This document shows, one piece after another, positions 42,749-52,757 of a stretch of DNA of 64,000 nucleotides (the first letter of the stretch is position 1; the number at the start of each line of letters is the position of its first letter). The translations under genes and the position numbers were made by a program. Origin of the DNA: a bacterium (lineage in GTDB: Bacteria; Patescibacteriota; Dojkabacteria; JAKAPS01; JAJZLI01); assembly GCA_021816845.1 (NCBI GenBank), contig JAKAWT010000001.1:408209-472208 (forward strand), read 5' to 3'. Below the pieces are notes generated by a model. That model worked only from the letters and a program-made list of their open reading frames with translations, did not search any database and was not told the DNA's origin.

Positions 42749-45158
42749 TAGCGATAATCTAGATATTATAAAATCAGTTTTTAAAAGTGATCCCAATTTT
42801 ATAAATCTTCTTAGTAGTATTAATAATACTGGAAATTCTGTTATAAATGTGAGTGGGATAGACCCTAATATTGTTGATATTTTTGTAAAATTGGTTGATT
42901 CTTGTATACCTGAAATGTCTTTCATGTATACTTCTATGTATCATAGTGCTAGCAATCCTTCATATTTTAAGATAGATTTTGATCTAAAATATAACGATGT
43001 TATTAATATACTTGAATCTTTAAATGATTTTGAGAAGGTTCCAATCATAGATAATGAAAGACAATATACTATAGCGGGGGATAGAATAGATATATATTTA
43101 TCCGGAGAATCCATGTTTAGAATAAGTTTTTTTGGTGATGATATAGATGAAATATCATCAAGAGATTATTTAACATTTAGAGTGCTATATAAGGTAGATA
43201 AAATATATATACCAAAAAATAAGGGTACATACCTATCTAGTAATAAAGATATTATTTCAGGAAATATAGTAAATTTCAATAATTATAGCAATATTAGTAA
43301 TAAAGATAGTTGCATAATATTTGATTATATAAATATTCCTAGAGTTGCCATATCTAATTCTAATTTTAGACTGATAATTCCAAGTAGTATTAATAATTTC
43401 ATTATAAATTCTAAAAATCCTGTACCTGATTTTATGGAGAATGAAAAGATAGTTTTTTCTAGTATAGAATTCCCATCTGGATTTATGTCTGAAAAAGCTA
43501 AATTTGCAGTATTGACAGACAGAGAACTTTATGGAGAATTCAATCTAAATCTATATAGAGTTAAGAAGAGTAAAAGGATTGTTACTGATTTTTTAGATGG
43601 TAAGATATATGAAGGTGATTATATAGTACATATAAATCATGGGATAGGAATCTATAGAGGTACTATAGTGAGGAAAACTGATAGCGGTGATAAGGAATAT
43701 ATAGAAGTTGAATATGCACAAGGAGACAAACTTTTTATTCCTCTTGAAATATCAGAAAGGATTACAAAGTATATATCTGATAGTGATAAAAAACCTAAGC
43801 TTACAAGACTGGGCACACTAGAATGGAAGCATTTGAGAGAGAGGGTAGAAAAAGACATTGAAATGATTGCTATGGATATTATTATGACTCATGCTCAGAG
43901 GATGATTGCTAAAAAAGTAATACCCGATATATCTAAAACTAATACTTGGGAGTCTGAATTTGAATCTCAATTTGAACATATTGAGACGAAAGATCAATTA
44001 TCTGCAATTATTGATGTACGCAATGATATATATTCAAATAAGGTAATGGATAGACTGATTGTTGGAGATGTAGGTTTCGGAAAGACTGAAATAGCAGCAC
44101 GTGCAAGTTTTATTGTAACATTCAATGGAAAACAAGTAATTATTCTTGTACCTACAACTATATTGGCTGATCAACACTATAATGTATTTTTAAATAGATT
44201 CAAAAAATTCCCAATTAATATCAAAAAGATAACTAGGCATACCACATCAAGGGATTTAAAAAGTATTTATGATGGTATATCGAATGGAAGTATAGATATA
44301 CTCATTGGGACGCATAAAGTTTTTTCTAATAAGATAAAATTTAAAGATTTAGGACTAATTATTGTGGATGAAGAGCAGAGATTCGGAGTTAAACAAAAGG
44401 AAAAGTTAAAACAGATAAAGAGTGATGTTGATTATCTTGCAATGAGCGCTACTCCTATTCCTCGTACATTGTATTCTGCATTTTCAGGTATTAGAGACAT
44501 TAGTATTATAGCTACTGCACCTTTGGGTAGGAAATCTATAACAACTAATATTATAGATTTTAACATTCTAAGGTTTAAAGAAATAATTGAAGATGAAATA
44601 AAAAGGTCTGGACAGGTGTTTTTTCTACATAATAATATTTCAACATTAAATAATATCAAATCATTACTTCAAGATATTTTACCTAATGTGACAATGAAAG
44701 TAGGGTATGGAGGGATGAAAGGACTTAGTGATGTGATCGAAGATTTTAAATCAAAAAAATTTAATGTTTTCATCTCAACTTCAATAATTGAAAATGGCAT
44801 TGATTTTCCTAATGTGAACACCATTATTATAAATCAGTCATTTAAATTTGGGTTATCTCAATTATATCAATTTAGAGGAAGAGTTGGGAGGAGTGATATT
44901 CCCGCATTTTGTTATCTTGTATGTCCAAAATCTATATTTAAAAATAATAATAAAATAGCTATGAGATTAAATGCACTTGTACAAAATCAACACGTAGGAA
45001 GTGGTTTTAATATTTCAGTAAAAGACTTGGAAATCAGGGGAGCAGGAAATCTATTAGGTATAAAACAACATGGAAATATTAATAAAATAGGATTTGATTT
45101 ATATTCCCAACTTGTTCAAAAATCTGTTGAGGAATTAAAAAAAGAAATAGTTGTATAA
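42741..45158 (+). CDS. mfd: Transcription-repair coupling factor, shortened
   Basis: RID (GDYIVHINHGIG), GDVGFGKTE, DEEQRFG, SATPIPRT, QFRGRVGR, DLEIRGAG. No C-terminal D7 domain. Confidence 0.9.
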   Translation: MFDSDNLDIIKSVFKSDPNFINLLSSINNTGNSVINVSGIDPNIVDIFVKLVDSCIPEMSFMYTSMYHSASNPSYFKIDFDLKYNDVINILESLNDFEKVPIIDNERQYTIAGDRIDIYLSGESMFRISFFGDDIDEISSRDYLTFRVLYKVDKIYIPKNKGTYLSSNKDIISGNIVNFNNYSNISNKDSCIIFDYINIPRVAISNSNFRLIIPSSINNFIINSKNPVPDFMENEKIVFSSIEFPSGFMSEKAKFAVLTDRELYGEFNLNLYRVKKSKRIVTDFLDGKIYEGDYIVHINHGIGIYRGTIVRKTDSGDKEYIEVEYAQGDKLFIPLEISERITKYISDSDKKPKLTRLGTLEWKHLRERVEKDIEMIAMDIIMTHAQRMIAKKVIPDISKTNTWESEFESQFEHIETKDQLSAIIDVRNDIYSNKVMDRLIVGDVGFGKTEIAARASFIVTFNGKQVIILVPTTILADQHYNVFLNRFKKFPINIKKITRHTTSRDLKSIYDGISNGSIDILIGTHKVFSNKIKFKDLGLIIVDEEQRFGVKQKEKLKQIKSDVDYLAMSATPIPRTLYSAFSGIRDISIIATAPLGRKSITTNIIDFNILRFKEIIEDEIKRSGQVFFLHNNISTLNNIKSLLQDILPNVTMKVGYGGMKGLSDVIEDFKSKKFNVFISTSIIENGIDFPNVNTIIINQSFKFGLSQLYQFRGRVGRSDIPAFCYLVCPKSIFKNNNKIAMRLNALVQNQHVGSGFNISVKDLEIRGAGNLLGIKQHGNINKIGFDLYSQLVQKSVEELKKEIVV

Positions 45159-45231
45159 ATTTTAGAGTATGATGAATTAAAATCTAAGATAATGAATAGC
45201 CCTGTAATTTATTTTGTTGTATAATCTTCAT

Positions 45232-46242
45232 ATGAATAGAAAAAAAAGGATCCTTACAGGAGATAGACCAACCGGTAATCTTCACATAGGTCATTATGTG
45301 GGATCTTTAAAATCAAGGTTAGAATTTCAAAATGAATATGACACATTTGTATTGATTGCTGATGTACAAGCGTTAACAGATAATTTTAATACACCTTTGA
45401 AAGTAAGAGATAATATCTTAGAACTTTTAAAAGATTATTTGGCAGTTGGGCTCGATCCTAAAAAGGTAACTTTTGTGCTGCAGTCACAGATTCCACAGAT
45501 TGCGGAATTAACAATATTTTTTTCTAATCTTGTTAGTGTTGCAAGATTAATGAGGAACCCTACAGTTAAAAATGAACTTTATGATAAAAAAGATCTTTTT
45601 AAACATTCTATTCCATATGGATTTCTAGGATATCCAGTTAGCCAGGCAGCAGATATCTCTATTTTTAATGCAGATTTGGTACCTGTGGGTGATGATCAAG
45701 CTCCACATATTGAACAAACAATTGAAATAGTGAAGAAATTTAATAGTGTTTATGGAGATACATTAAAAGTACCTACATTGAAACTTGGTACAATCCCAAG
45801 ATTAGTTGGTATTGACGGGAAATCTAAAATGTCCAAAAGTATGAACAATACAATTAATTTTTCTGATACAACACAAGATATAAAAAGAAAAATAATGCAA
45901 ATGTATACCGATCCAAAAAGAATACATTCTACAGATCCAGGAGAGGTTAAAGGCAATCCTGTATTTATATACCATAATGCATTTAATCCTAATAAATCAG
46001 AAATTAAAGATTTAGAAAATAGATATAAGAAAGGCCAGGTTGGAGACATAGAAGTTAAGGAAAAATTATTTAATGCCATTGATGCATTTATTAGTCCTAT
46101 TCGAGAAAAAAGATTAGAACTTAATAATAAGGATAATTATTTATATGATATTCTAAAAGAGGGTACCTTAAGAGCAAGGGATGAAGCTCAAAATACTATG
46201 TCTAAAGTTCGAGAATCTATGAAGTTACTTAATTTTAATTAA
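45232..46242 (+). CDS. trpS: Tryptophan--tRNA ligase
   Basis: TGDRPTG.LHIGH, YPVSQAAD, KMSKS. ATG 45232 is preferred as the start. Confidence 0.96.
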   Translation: MNRKKRILTGDRPTGNLHIGHYVGSLKSRLEFQNEYDTFVLIADVQALTDNFNTPLKVRDNILELLKDYLAVGLDPKKVTFVLQSQIPQIAELTIFFSNLVSVARLMRNPTVKNELYDKKDLFKHSIPYGFLGYPVSQAADISIFNADLVPVGDDQAPHIEQTIEIVKKFNSVYGDTLKVPTLKLGTIPRLVGIDGKSKMSKSMNNTINFSDTTQDIKRKIMQMYTDPKRIHSTDPGEVKGNPVFIYHNAFNPNKSEIKDLENRYKKGQVGDIEVKEKLFNAIDAFISPIREKRLELNNKDNYLYDILKEGTLRARDEAQNTMSKVRESMKLLNFN

Positions 46243-46246
46243 TATT

Positions 46247-47485
46247 ATGAAAATTGATTTAAAACCACTAAAGGGATTTAGAGATTTTTATCCTGATGAT
46301 TACCTTAAAAGAGAAAATATACTGGATGTAATGCATGAAGTCTCAAGGAGTTTTGGATACCTTCCTTATGATGGACCAACGCTAGAAAGATCATCTATAT
46401 ATGAGATTAAATCAGGAGACAATATTGCTAGGGATGAATCATATACATTTCTTGATAGAGGAGAAAGAAGGGTATCACTAAGACCAGAAATGACACCAAC
46501 TTTAGCCCGTATGATGGCTGCAAAATCTTCAGATTTTAAAAAACCTATCAGGTTATATTCGATACCTCTTATATTTAGAAATGAGAATCCTCAAAAAGGT
46601 AGATCTAGAGAATCTATGCAGTACAATGCAGACATATTGGGGGAACCTTCTCTTATGGCTGAGATAGAAATTATAGATATTTTTATAACAATACTTGAAA
46701 AGCTAGGATTTGATAAAAAAGATTTTGAAATTAGAATCAATAATCGTGGTTTTATGGAAAATATTTTATCATCATATACTAATGATAGTAAAGCTCTTTT
46801 TGCTTTAATAGATAGGTACTTAAAATTACCTAAAAATGAATTTAAAGAAAATCTTAATAATTTATTAATAGATAAAAAAGATTTAAATAAGGTACTTGAT
46901 TTTTTAGAAAACAAAGATTATAGCAATGATGATACTATGGTCTCGTTATTTAGATTGGCAACTGATTTAGGTATAGGTGATATATTACATTATGATCCTA
47001 CTATGGTTAGAGGTTTTGATTATTATACTGGTATTGTATTCGAAATATGGGATAAAACATTACAATTTAAAAGAGCAATTGCTGGAGGTGGTAGGTATGA
47101 AAACTTAGTTTCTCTTTTTGGTGGAGAGAAATTAGAAGGTGTTGGAGCGGCATTTTCTGATGTTGTAATATTGGGATTACTGGATTTATTTAATAAAGAA
47201 GTTAAGATAGATACCAAAATTGATTACTTCATATCAACGTTTGAAGGGATTCCCATCTCTAAGTACAAATATATTGCAAATATTTTAAGAAATAAAGGGA
47301 AAAGTGTTATTGTAAATACTGCCACCTCGTGGTCTTTAACAAAACAGTTAGGTTTTGCATCAAGTATAAATGTATCAAGAGTCCTAATAATGGGGGATAA
47401 GGAAATAAATGATAAAAGTATTGTAGTGAGGGATTTACATAAGAACTTCCAAGAAGAGAAAAAATTAGATATTTTTTTAAAATAA
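46247..47485 (+). CDS. hisS: Histidine--tRNA ligase
   Basis: KGFRDF, LRPEMT, FRNENPQKGR, RGFDYYTG, GGGRY. Confidence 0.96.
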   Translation: MKIDLKPLKGFRDFYPDDYLKRENILDVMHEVSRSFGYLPYDGPTLERSSIYEIKSGDNIARDESYTFLDRGERRVSLRPEMTPTLARMMAAKSSDFKKPIRLYSIPLIFRNENPQKGRSRESMQYNADILGEPSLMAEIEIIDIFITILEKLGFDKKDFEIRINNRGFMENILSSYTNDSKALFALIDRYLKLPKNEFKENLNNLLIDKKDLNKVLDFLENKDYSNDDTMVSLFRLATDLGIGDILHYDPTMVRGFDYYTGIVFEIWDKTLQFKRAIAGGGRYENLVSLFGGEKLEGVGAAFSDVVILGLLDLFNKEVKIDTKIDYFISTFEGIPISKYKYIANILRNKGKSVIVNTATSWSLTKQLGFASSINVSRVLIMGDKEINDKSIVVRDLHKNFQEEKKLDIFLK

Positions 47486-47488
47486 ATA

Positions 47489-49009
47489 ATGGGGAGAGAG
47501 ATACTGTACCAAAAATATAGACCTAGAAAATTTAAAGATATAATAGGTCAAGATCATATAGTCAAAGTGCTCCAAAATGAAGTATTAAAAAATAATATAG
47601 CTAATGGATATCTATTTTTTGGTCCTCGTGGTCTAGGCAAAACCTCTATTGCAAGAATATTTGCGAACGCTATAAATTGTAGTAATCCTCAAAACGGAGA
47701 AATCTGTGGAGAATGTAGTGAATGTATGGCTATACAAGAGGGATCATTTATAGATCTTATAGAAATTGATGCAGCTTCTAACAGGGGGATTGACGATATA
47801 AGGGATATAAGAAATAGGACTTATTTCACCCCAGTTATGGGTAGGTTTAAAGTATATATAATAGATGAAGTTCATATGCTTACCCCTGAAGCTTTTAATG
47901 GGCTTTTGAAAATATTAGAAGAGCCTCCTTCTAGTGTTGTATTTATTTTAGCAACTACAGAAGTTCATAAAGTACCTAAAACCATAGTGTCAAGATGCCA
48001 AAGATTTGATTTTAATCCTGCAAGTAGAGAAGATATTCTAAAACAACTGAACTATATAATAAAGGAAGAAAATTTAAGAATAAAGGATGAAATTAGAGAT
48101 TTGATAGTTGCAAAATCAGAGGGTAGTTTTAGGGATTCTCTAACTAATATGCAGAAAATCATTAATGTTAGAGATGATATGCCGTATGAAGAAGCACTTA
48201 GTATATTGGGCGTGTCAGGAGAGAGAGAAATTCTAGATCTATGGAATAATATATTTGAGGGTAATATAGACTCAGAGATAGAGAGGATAGAGAAAAGTTC
48301 TATAAATATAGCTACTTTCATAAAAGATTCATTGGATATTTTTAGAAAAGTTCTGATTTATAAAGTTACTAAAGAGGATAATGATATCTCAGGATTAAAT
48401 GTTTCGAATTATTCAGCTGGTGATATAGTAAATATTATCAATATACTTATAAAAGCTTTAGACAATCTTCGAATTTCTTCTTTACCTATATTATCCTTAG
48501 AAATTGCTCTTGTAGAGGTTATTAATGCCTTAAAGATCAATAATTCTACTAGAGTACAATCAAAGCCCATTGATGAGTCTGTAGATAAACCATTGATGTC
48601 TAAGCAAGACAGAAGGAAAAAAAATCATATAGATGATGTAGAAGGTCAAGATGAAAACTTAGAAGAAGTAATAAAGTCAAGATGGATAGATATAATAGAA
48701 GGCACTAAATCCTTTAATCATCATATGAGTGGTTTTTTATCGAGATCTTCTTTTGAGATTAATAAAAATAATTTTACAATTATTGTGCCATTCCAGTTTT
48801 ATAAAGATATGCTAATGGTTGAGAAAAGTAGGGAACATATGGTAAATATTTTGAAAAATATGTTTAATATTAACTTCAAAATTAATGTCAAAGTTCAGAA
48901 AGATGTTACTCCAATATTATCACCATTAAATGATTCATCACTTAATGGTACAGAGGAGACTGTTATAAGTGAAAGTGATCTTAAAGATGTTTTCGATATA
49001 GAAGACTAA
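47489..49009 (+). CDS. dnaX: DNA polymerase III subunit gamma/tau
   Basis: KYRP, GPRGLGKT, EIDAASNRG, IIDEVHML, SRC. Confidence 0.96.
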   Translation: MGREILYQKYRPRKFKDIIGQDHIVKVLQNEVLKNNIANGYLFFGPRGLGKTSIARIFANAINCSNPQNGEICGECSECMAIQEGSFIDLIEIDAASNRGIDDIRDIRNRTYFTPVMGRFKVYIIDEVHMLTPEAFNGLLKILEEPPSSVVFILATTEVHKVPKTIVSRCQRFDFNPASREDILKQLNYIIKEENLRIKDEIRDLIVAKSEGSFRDSLTNMQKIINVRDDMPYEEALSILGVSGEREILDLWNNIFEGNIDSEIERIEKSSINIATFIKDSLDIFRKVLIYKVTKEDNDISGLNVSNYSAGDIVNIINILIKALDNLRISSLPILSLEIALVEVINALKINNSTRVQSKPIDESVDKPLMSKQDRRKKNHIDDVEGQDENLEEVIKSRWIDIIEGTKSFNHHMSGFLSRSSFEINKNNFTIIVPFQFYKDMLMVEKSREHMVNILKNMFNINFKINVKVQKDVTPILSPLNDSSLNGTEETVISESDLKDVFDIED

Positions 49010-49114
49010 AAATCCGATAAAAATACTATTAATATTCAACTTTTTATATTTTTAATATATACAAATATATGTTAATATCATAAATATTATATTTATTTTA
49101 TTGGAGGAATAATT

Positions 49115-49420
49115 ATGGCTAATCCTTTTTCACAAGCTAGAGATTTAATGAAGCTTCAAGGTGAGGTTAAGAAGATGCAGAAGGAAATGGAAGGTAAAAA
49201 ATTTATGGGTGAATCTAATAAAGGTTTTGTTAAGATTTATCTTAATGGTACAGGGGAGATTATAGATATAGTTATAGATGACATACTTATTGGTATGGAG
49301 AGAAAAATGGATCTTATATCTCATATAAAAGATGCTTATAAAGATGCTCAAAAGAAAATGTCTAAAGATATGGCAAAAGATATGGACCTATCAAAACTAA
49401 AGAATTTTATGGGTGTTTGA
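49115..49420 (+). CDS. ybaB: YbaB/EbfC nucleoid-associated protein
   Basis: dnaX-ybaB-recR synteny, KKMQKEM, G.VKI.LNG. Confidence 0.88.
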   Translation: MANPFSQARDLMKLQGEVKKMQKEMEGKKFMGESNKGFVKIYLNGTGEIIDIVIDDILIGMERKMDLISHIKDAYKDAQKKMSKDMAKDMDLSKLKNFMGV

Positions 49421-49423
49421 ATT

Positions 49424-50038
49424 ATGGATCAAGATCCTATTTTATCATTACAAAAAGAATTTGAAAAGATGCCAAGTATTGGAGCAAAGTCAGCTTTGAG
49501 AATGGTGTATTTTTATATATATAATAAAAATAATATTCCTTTCTTAGAGAAGGCCTTAAACGATGTTTATCTTAATATAGAAAATTGCAATATTTGTCAT
49601 ATGATTACACATAAAGATAAGAATCCTTGTGTTTATTGTTCTGATTCGAAACGTAATAAATACCAAATCTGTGTTGTAGAGAATACTACTGATTTATTAT
49701 CAATAGAAAAATCTAATTCATACAAAGGACTGTATCATGTCCTTGGGGGGGTAATATCGCCTTTAAGTAATATCAAAGAAGAAGATTTATATATTAAAGA
49801 TCTTTTAAGGAGAGTAAAATCGATCAATGAAGAAGATAGTATAGAAATAATACTTGCAACAAATTTTACTGTTGAGGGTGATGCTACAGCTACATATATA
49901 AAGAATTTATTGAAAGATATACACAACGTACACTTTACTAGACTAGCATCTGGTTTACCAGCAGGTTCTGATTTAGAATACGTTGATTCATATACAATAG
50001 GTAGAGCTATTGATAAAAGAAGTGATTATGGTATTTAA
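49424..50038 (+). CDS. recR: Recombination mediator RecR
   Basis: PSIGAKSA, C4 zinc finger, ICVVE, YHVLGG, VEGDATA. Confidence 0.96.
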   Translation: MDQDPILSLQKEFEKMPSIGAKSALRMVYFYIYNKNNIPFLEKALNDVYLNIENCNICHMITHKDKNPCVYCSDSKRNKYQICVVENTTDLLSIEKSNSYKGLYHVLGGVISPLSNIKEEDLYIKDLLRRVKSINEEDSIEIILATNFTVEGDATATYIKNLLKDIHNVHFTRLASGLPAGSDLEYVDSYTIGRAIDKRSDYGI

Positions 50039-51413
50039 GCTTAAAGATACACAAACTGGATTGCATGAATTAAATCCCATCAAAGATAATACATTAAAAA
50101 TATATACTTGTGGACCTACAGTATATAATTATATTTCCATAGGTAATTTAAGGACATATATAGCATCTGATGTATTAAAAAAGTGTTTATTATATGTTGG
50201 TTACAAGATAGAAGATGTTATGAATATTACAGATGTAGGACACCTTGTCACTGATTCTGATACAGGTGAAGATAAACTTGATAAAAAGGCTAGATCAGAA
50301 GGTAAAAGTGCATATGAGATAGCAGACTTCTATACAAAATATTTTTATTCCTCAATAGATAAAGTAAATGTTAGGTTGCCACAAGTAATATCTAAGGCAA
50401 CAGATAACATAGATAAACAAATAGAAATAATCCAAATACTTGATAAAAAAGGCTTGGTATATAAAACAGATACTGGTGTTTATTTCGATGTATCAAAAAT
50501 AAAGGATTATGAAAAATTATTAGGACAAGATATAGATAAACAGAAGATAGCTTCTAGAGAAGATGTAAAAATAGATACTACAAAGAAGAATCAGGCAGAT
50601 TTTAGGTTATGGCAAACTGAGTATCCTAATCATGAAATGCAGTGGGACAGCCCTTGGGGAAGAGGATTCCCTGGGTGGCATATTGAGTGTGCAGCTATTG
50701 TGAATAAATTTCTTGGTAATCATATTGATATACATACTGGGGGGTATGACTTAATTTTCCCCCATCATTTTAATGAGAAACTTATCTCTGAGTCTGCATT
50801 TGATAGTAAATTTGTAAATTTCTGGGTACATTCTGGATTGCTTCTTGTTGAAGGTGAGAAGATGTCTAAGAGTTTAGAAAATATATATACCATTGAAGAT
50901 ATAGAAAGTAAAGGTTTTGATCCTTTATCATTAAGGTACCTATTCCTTACATCTCATTATTCTACAAAATTGAATTTTACATTTTCATCTCTTCAATCAG
51001 CTCAAAATGCTTTATTTAGAATATATAATTTTATTAAGCTAAATAAATCTTTGTTTGATAAAGATAAAAAGGTAAGCTTAGAATACAAAAATAAATTTGA
51101 AGAAAAAATTAAAAATAATGTCGACTCTCCTGGTATGATTGATGTATTGTGGCAGGTTATAAAAGATAAGAATTTGGATACTTCTTCAAAAATTACTACT
51201 ATACTTGATTTTGACAGGGTGTTATCTTTAGATTTGCATAAATATCTCCTGACTGAAGAAGTACCTGAAGATATTAGTAATATGTTATTAGAAAGAAAAG
51301 AATATAGAGATAATAAAGAGTGGAATGAGGCTGATAACTTACGCATAAAAATTGAAGATAGAGGATATATTGTTATAGACTTAAAAGATAATACTTTTGT
51401 AATTGAAAAATAG
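50028..51413 (+). CDS. cysS: Cysteine--tRNA ligase
   Basis: YTCGPTVY, NITD, GFPGWHIEC, FPHH, KMSKS. The HIGH motif reads SIGN. Confidence 0.95.
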   Translation: MVFKLKDTQTGLHELNPIKDNTLKIYTCGPTVYNYISIGNLRTYIASDVLKKCLLYVGYKIEDVMNITDVGHLVTDSDTGEDKLDKKARSEGKSAYEIADFYTKYFYSSIDKVNVRLPQVISKATDNIDKQIEIIQILDKKGLVYKTDTGVYFDVSKIKDYEKLLGQDIDKQKIASREDVKIDTTKKNQADFRLWQTEYPNHEMQWDSPWGRGFPGWHIECAAIVNKFLGNHIDIHTGGYDLIFPHHFNEKLISESAFDSKFVNFWVHSGLLLVEGEKMSKSLENIYTIEDIESKGFDPLSLRYLFLTSHYSTKLNFTFSSLQSAQNALFRIYNFIKLNKSLFDKDKKVSLEYKNKFEEKIKNNVDSPGMIDVLWQVIKDKNLDTSSKITTILDFDRVLSLDLHKYLLTEEVPEDISNMLLERKEYRDNKEWNEADNLRIKIEDRGYIVIDLKDNTFVIEK

Positions 51414-52757
51414 ATGATAGATATTCATAGAAATATTTCTAAAGATGCATTAAAAATTTCGGATATACTCTCTAAAAATGGGTATCAAGCTTATCTTGTC
51501 GGTGGATCTATAAGAGATATATTAATGAATAAAAATGACTTACACGATTATGATATAGCCACAGATGCAACTCCTGATGATTTAAAAAGAATTTTTAAGG
51601 ATGCTATAGCTTTTGGAGAAAAATTTGGCACAATACTTGTAATTTATAAAGGTTTTAACTTTGAAATTACTACTTTTAGGACTGAATCTGATTATAAAGA
51701 TCAAAGACACCCAGAAAAAGTTGTATTCATAAAAGATATTAAAGAAGATTTGAAGAGAAGAGATTTTACTATGAATGCAATTGCTTTTAATATGCAATCA
51801 AATGATCTTATTGACATTTTTGGTGGGCAAAAAGATATAAAGAATAAAATTATTAGATGTGTAGGGGATCCTGATTTAAGATTTAATGAAGATCCTTTAC
51901 GTCTTATTAGGGCTGTAAGGTTTTATGTACAACTTCATTTTGATATTGAGGAAGATACCTATAAATCAATTAAAAATAATGCTTCTAAAATAGTGACTGT
52001 ATCTAAGGAAAGGATTCGTGATGAGTTTATGAGAATGCTTTCATTTGATAAACCAAGTAGAGGTATAGAACTACTTCGTGATACTGGATTACTAGATTAT
52101 ATATTTCCTGAGATTAACCTTTGTTATGGGGTTGAACAGAATAAATTTCATTCATTAGATGTATATCATCATATATTACTATCAATGGATATGGCTGACA
52201 AAAGAATTAGATTAGCTGCTTTACTCCATGATATAGGCAAACCTCAAACTAAAAATGGTGAGCATTTTTTTGGTCACGAAAAAATTGGTGCAGAAATGGC
52301 TGATAAGATGTTGAGAAGATTAAAATTTCCTAAAAAAGATATATCTCTTATATCCAAACTTATATATTTACATCTTTTTAATTATGAGGATAAATGGACA
52401 GATTCTGCAATAAGGAGATTTTTAAGAAGGGTTGAAAATGATGAAACCTTGGAACTCTTATTTTTACTCAGAGAAGCTGATGAACATGGTAATCCAATAT
52501 CTCAATATGACTTTACAAATTTAGATAAACTAAAAAAAAGAATATCTAAAGTTAGAGATAAGGATGGATATTTATCATTGAAGGATTTAAAATTAAATGG
52601 TGATGATTTGATAAAAATAGGTTATAGCAAGGGCATAGATATAGGTAAGGAACTACAGACTATACTTATGAAAGTTATTGAGAATCCAAATATAAATAAT
52701 AGAGAGAAGCTTCTAAAAATGGCTAAAGATGATTTTATTAAATTAAAAACAATATGA
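51414..52757 (+). CDS. cca: CCA-adding tRNA nucleotidyltransferase with HD domain
   Basis: VGGSIRD, DYDIAT, EDLKRRDFTMNA, EDPLR..RA.RF, ERI.DE, LLHDIGK. The tRNAs in this window lack an encoded CCA. Confidence 0.92.
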   Translation: MIDIHRNISKDALKISDILSKNGYQAYLVGGSIRDILMNKNDLHDYDIATDATPDDLKRIFKDAIAFGEKFGTILVIYKGFNFEITTFRTESDYKDQRHPEKVVFIKDIKEDLKRRDFTMNAIAFNMQSNDLIDIFGGQKDIKNKIIRCVGDPDLRFNEDPLRLIRAVRFYVQLHFDIEEDTYKSIKNNASKIVTVSKERIRDEFMRMLSFDKPSRGIELLRDTGLLDYIFPEINLCYGVEQNKFHSLDVYHHILLSMDMADKRIRLAALLHDIGKPQTKNGEHFFGHEKIGAEMADKMLRRLKFPKKDISLISKLIYLHLFNYEDKWTDSAIRRFLRRVENDETLELLFLLREADEHGNPISQYDFTNLDKLKKRISKVRDKDGYLSLKDLKLNGDDLIKIGYSKGIDIGKELQTILMKVIENPNINNREKLLKMAKDDFIKLKTI

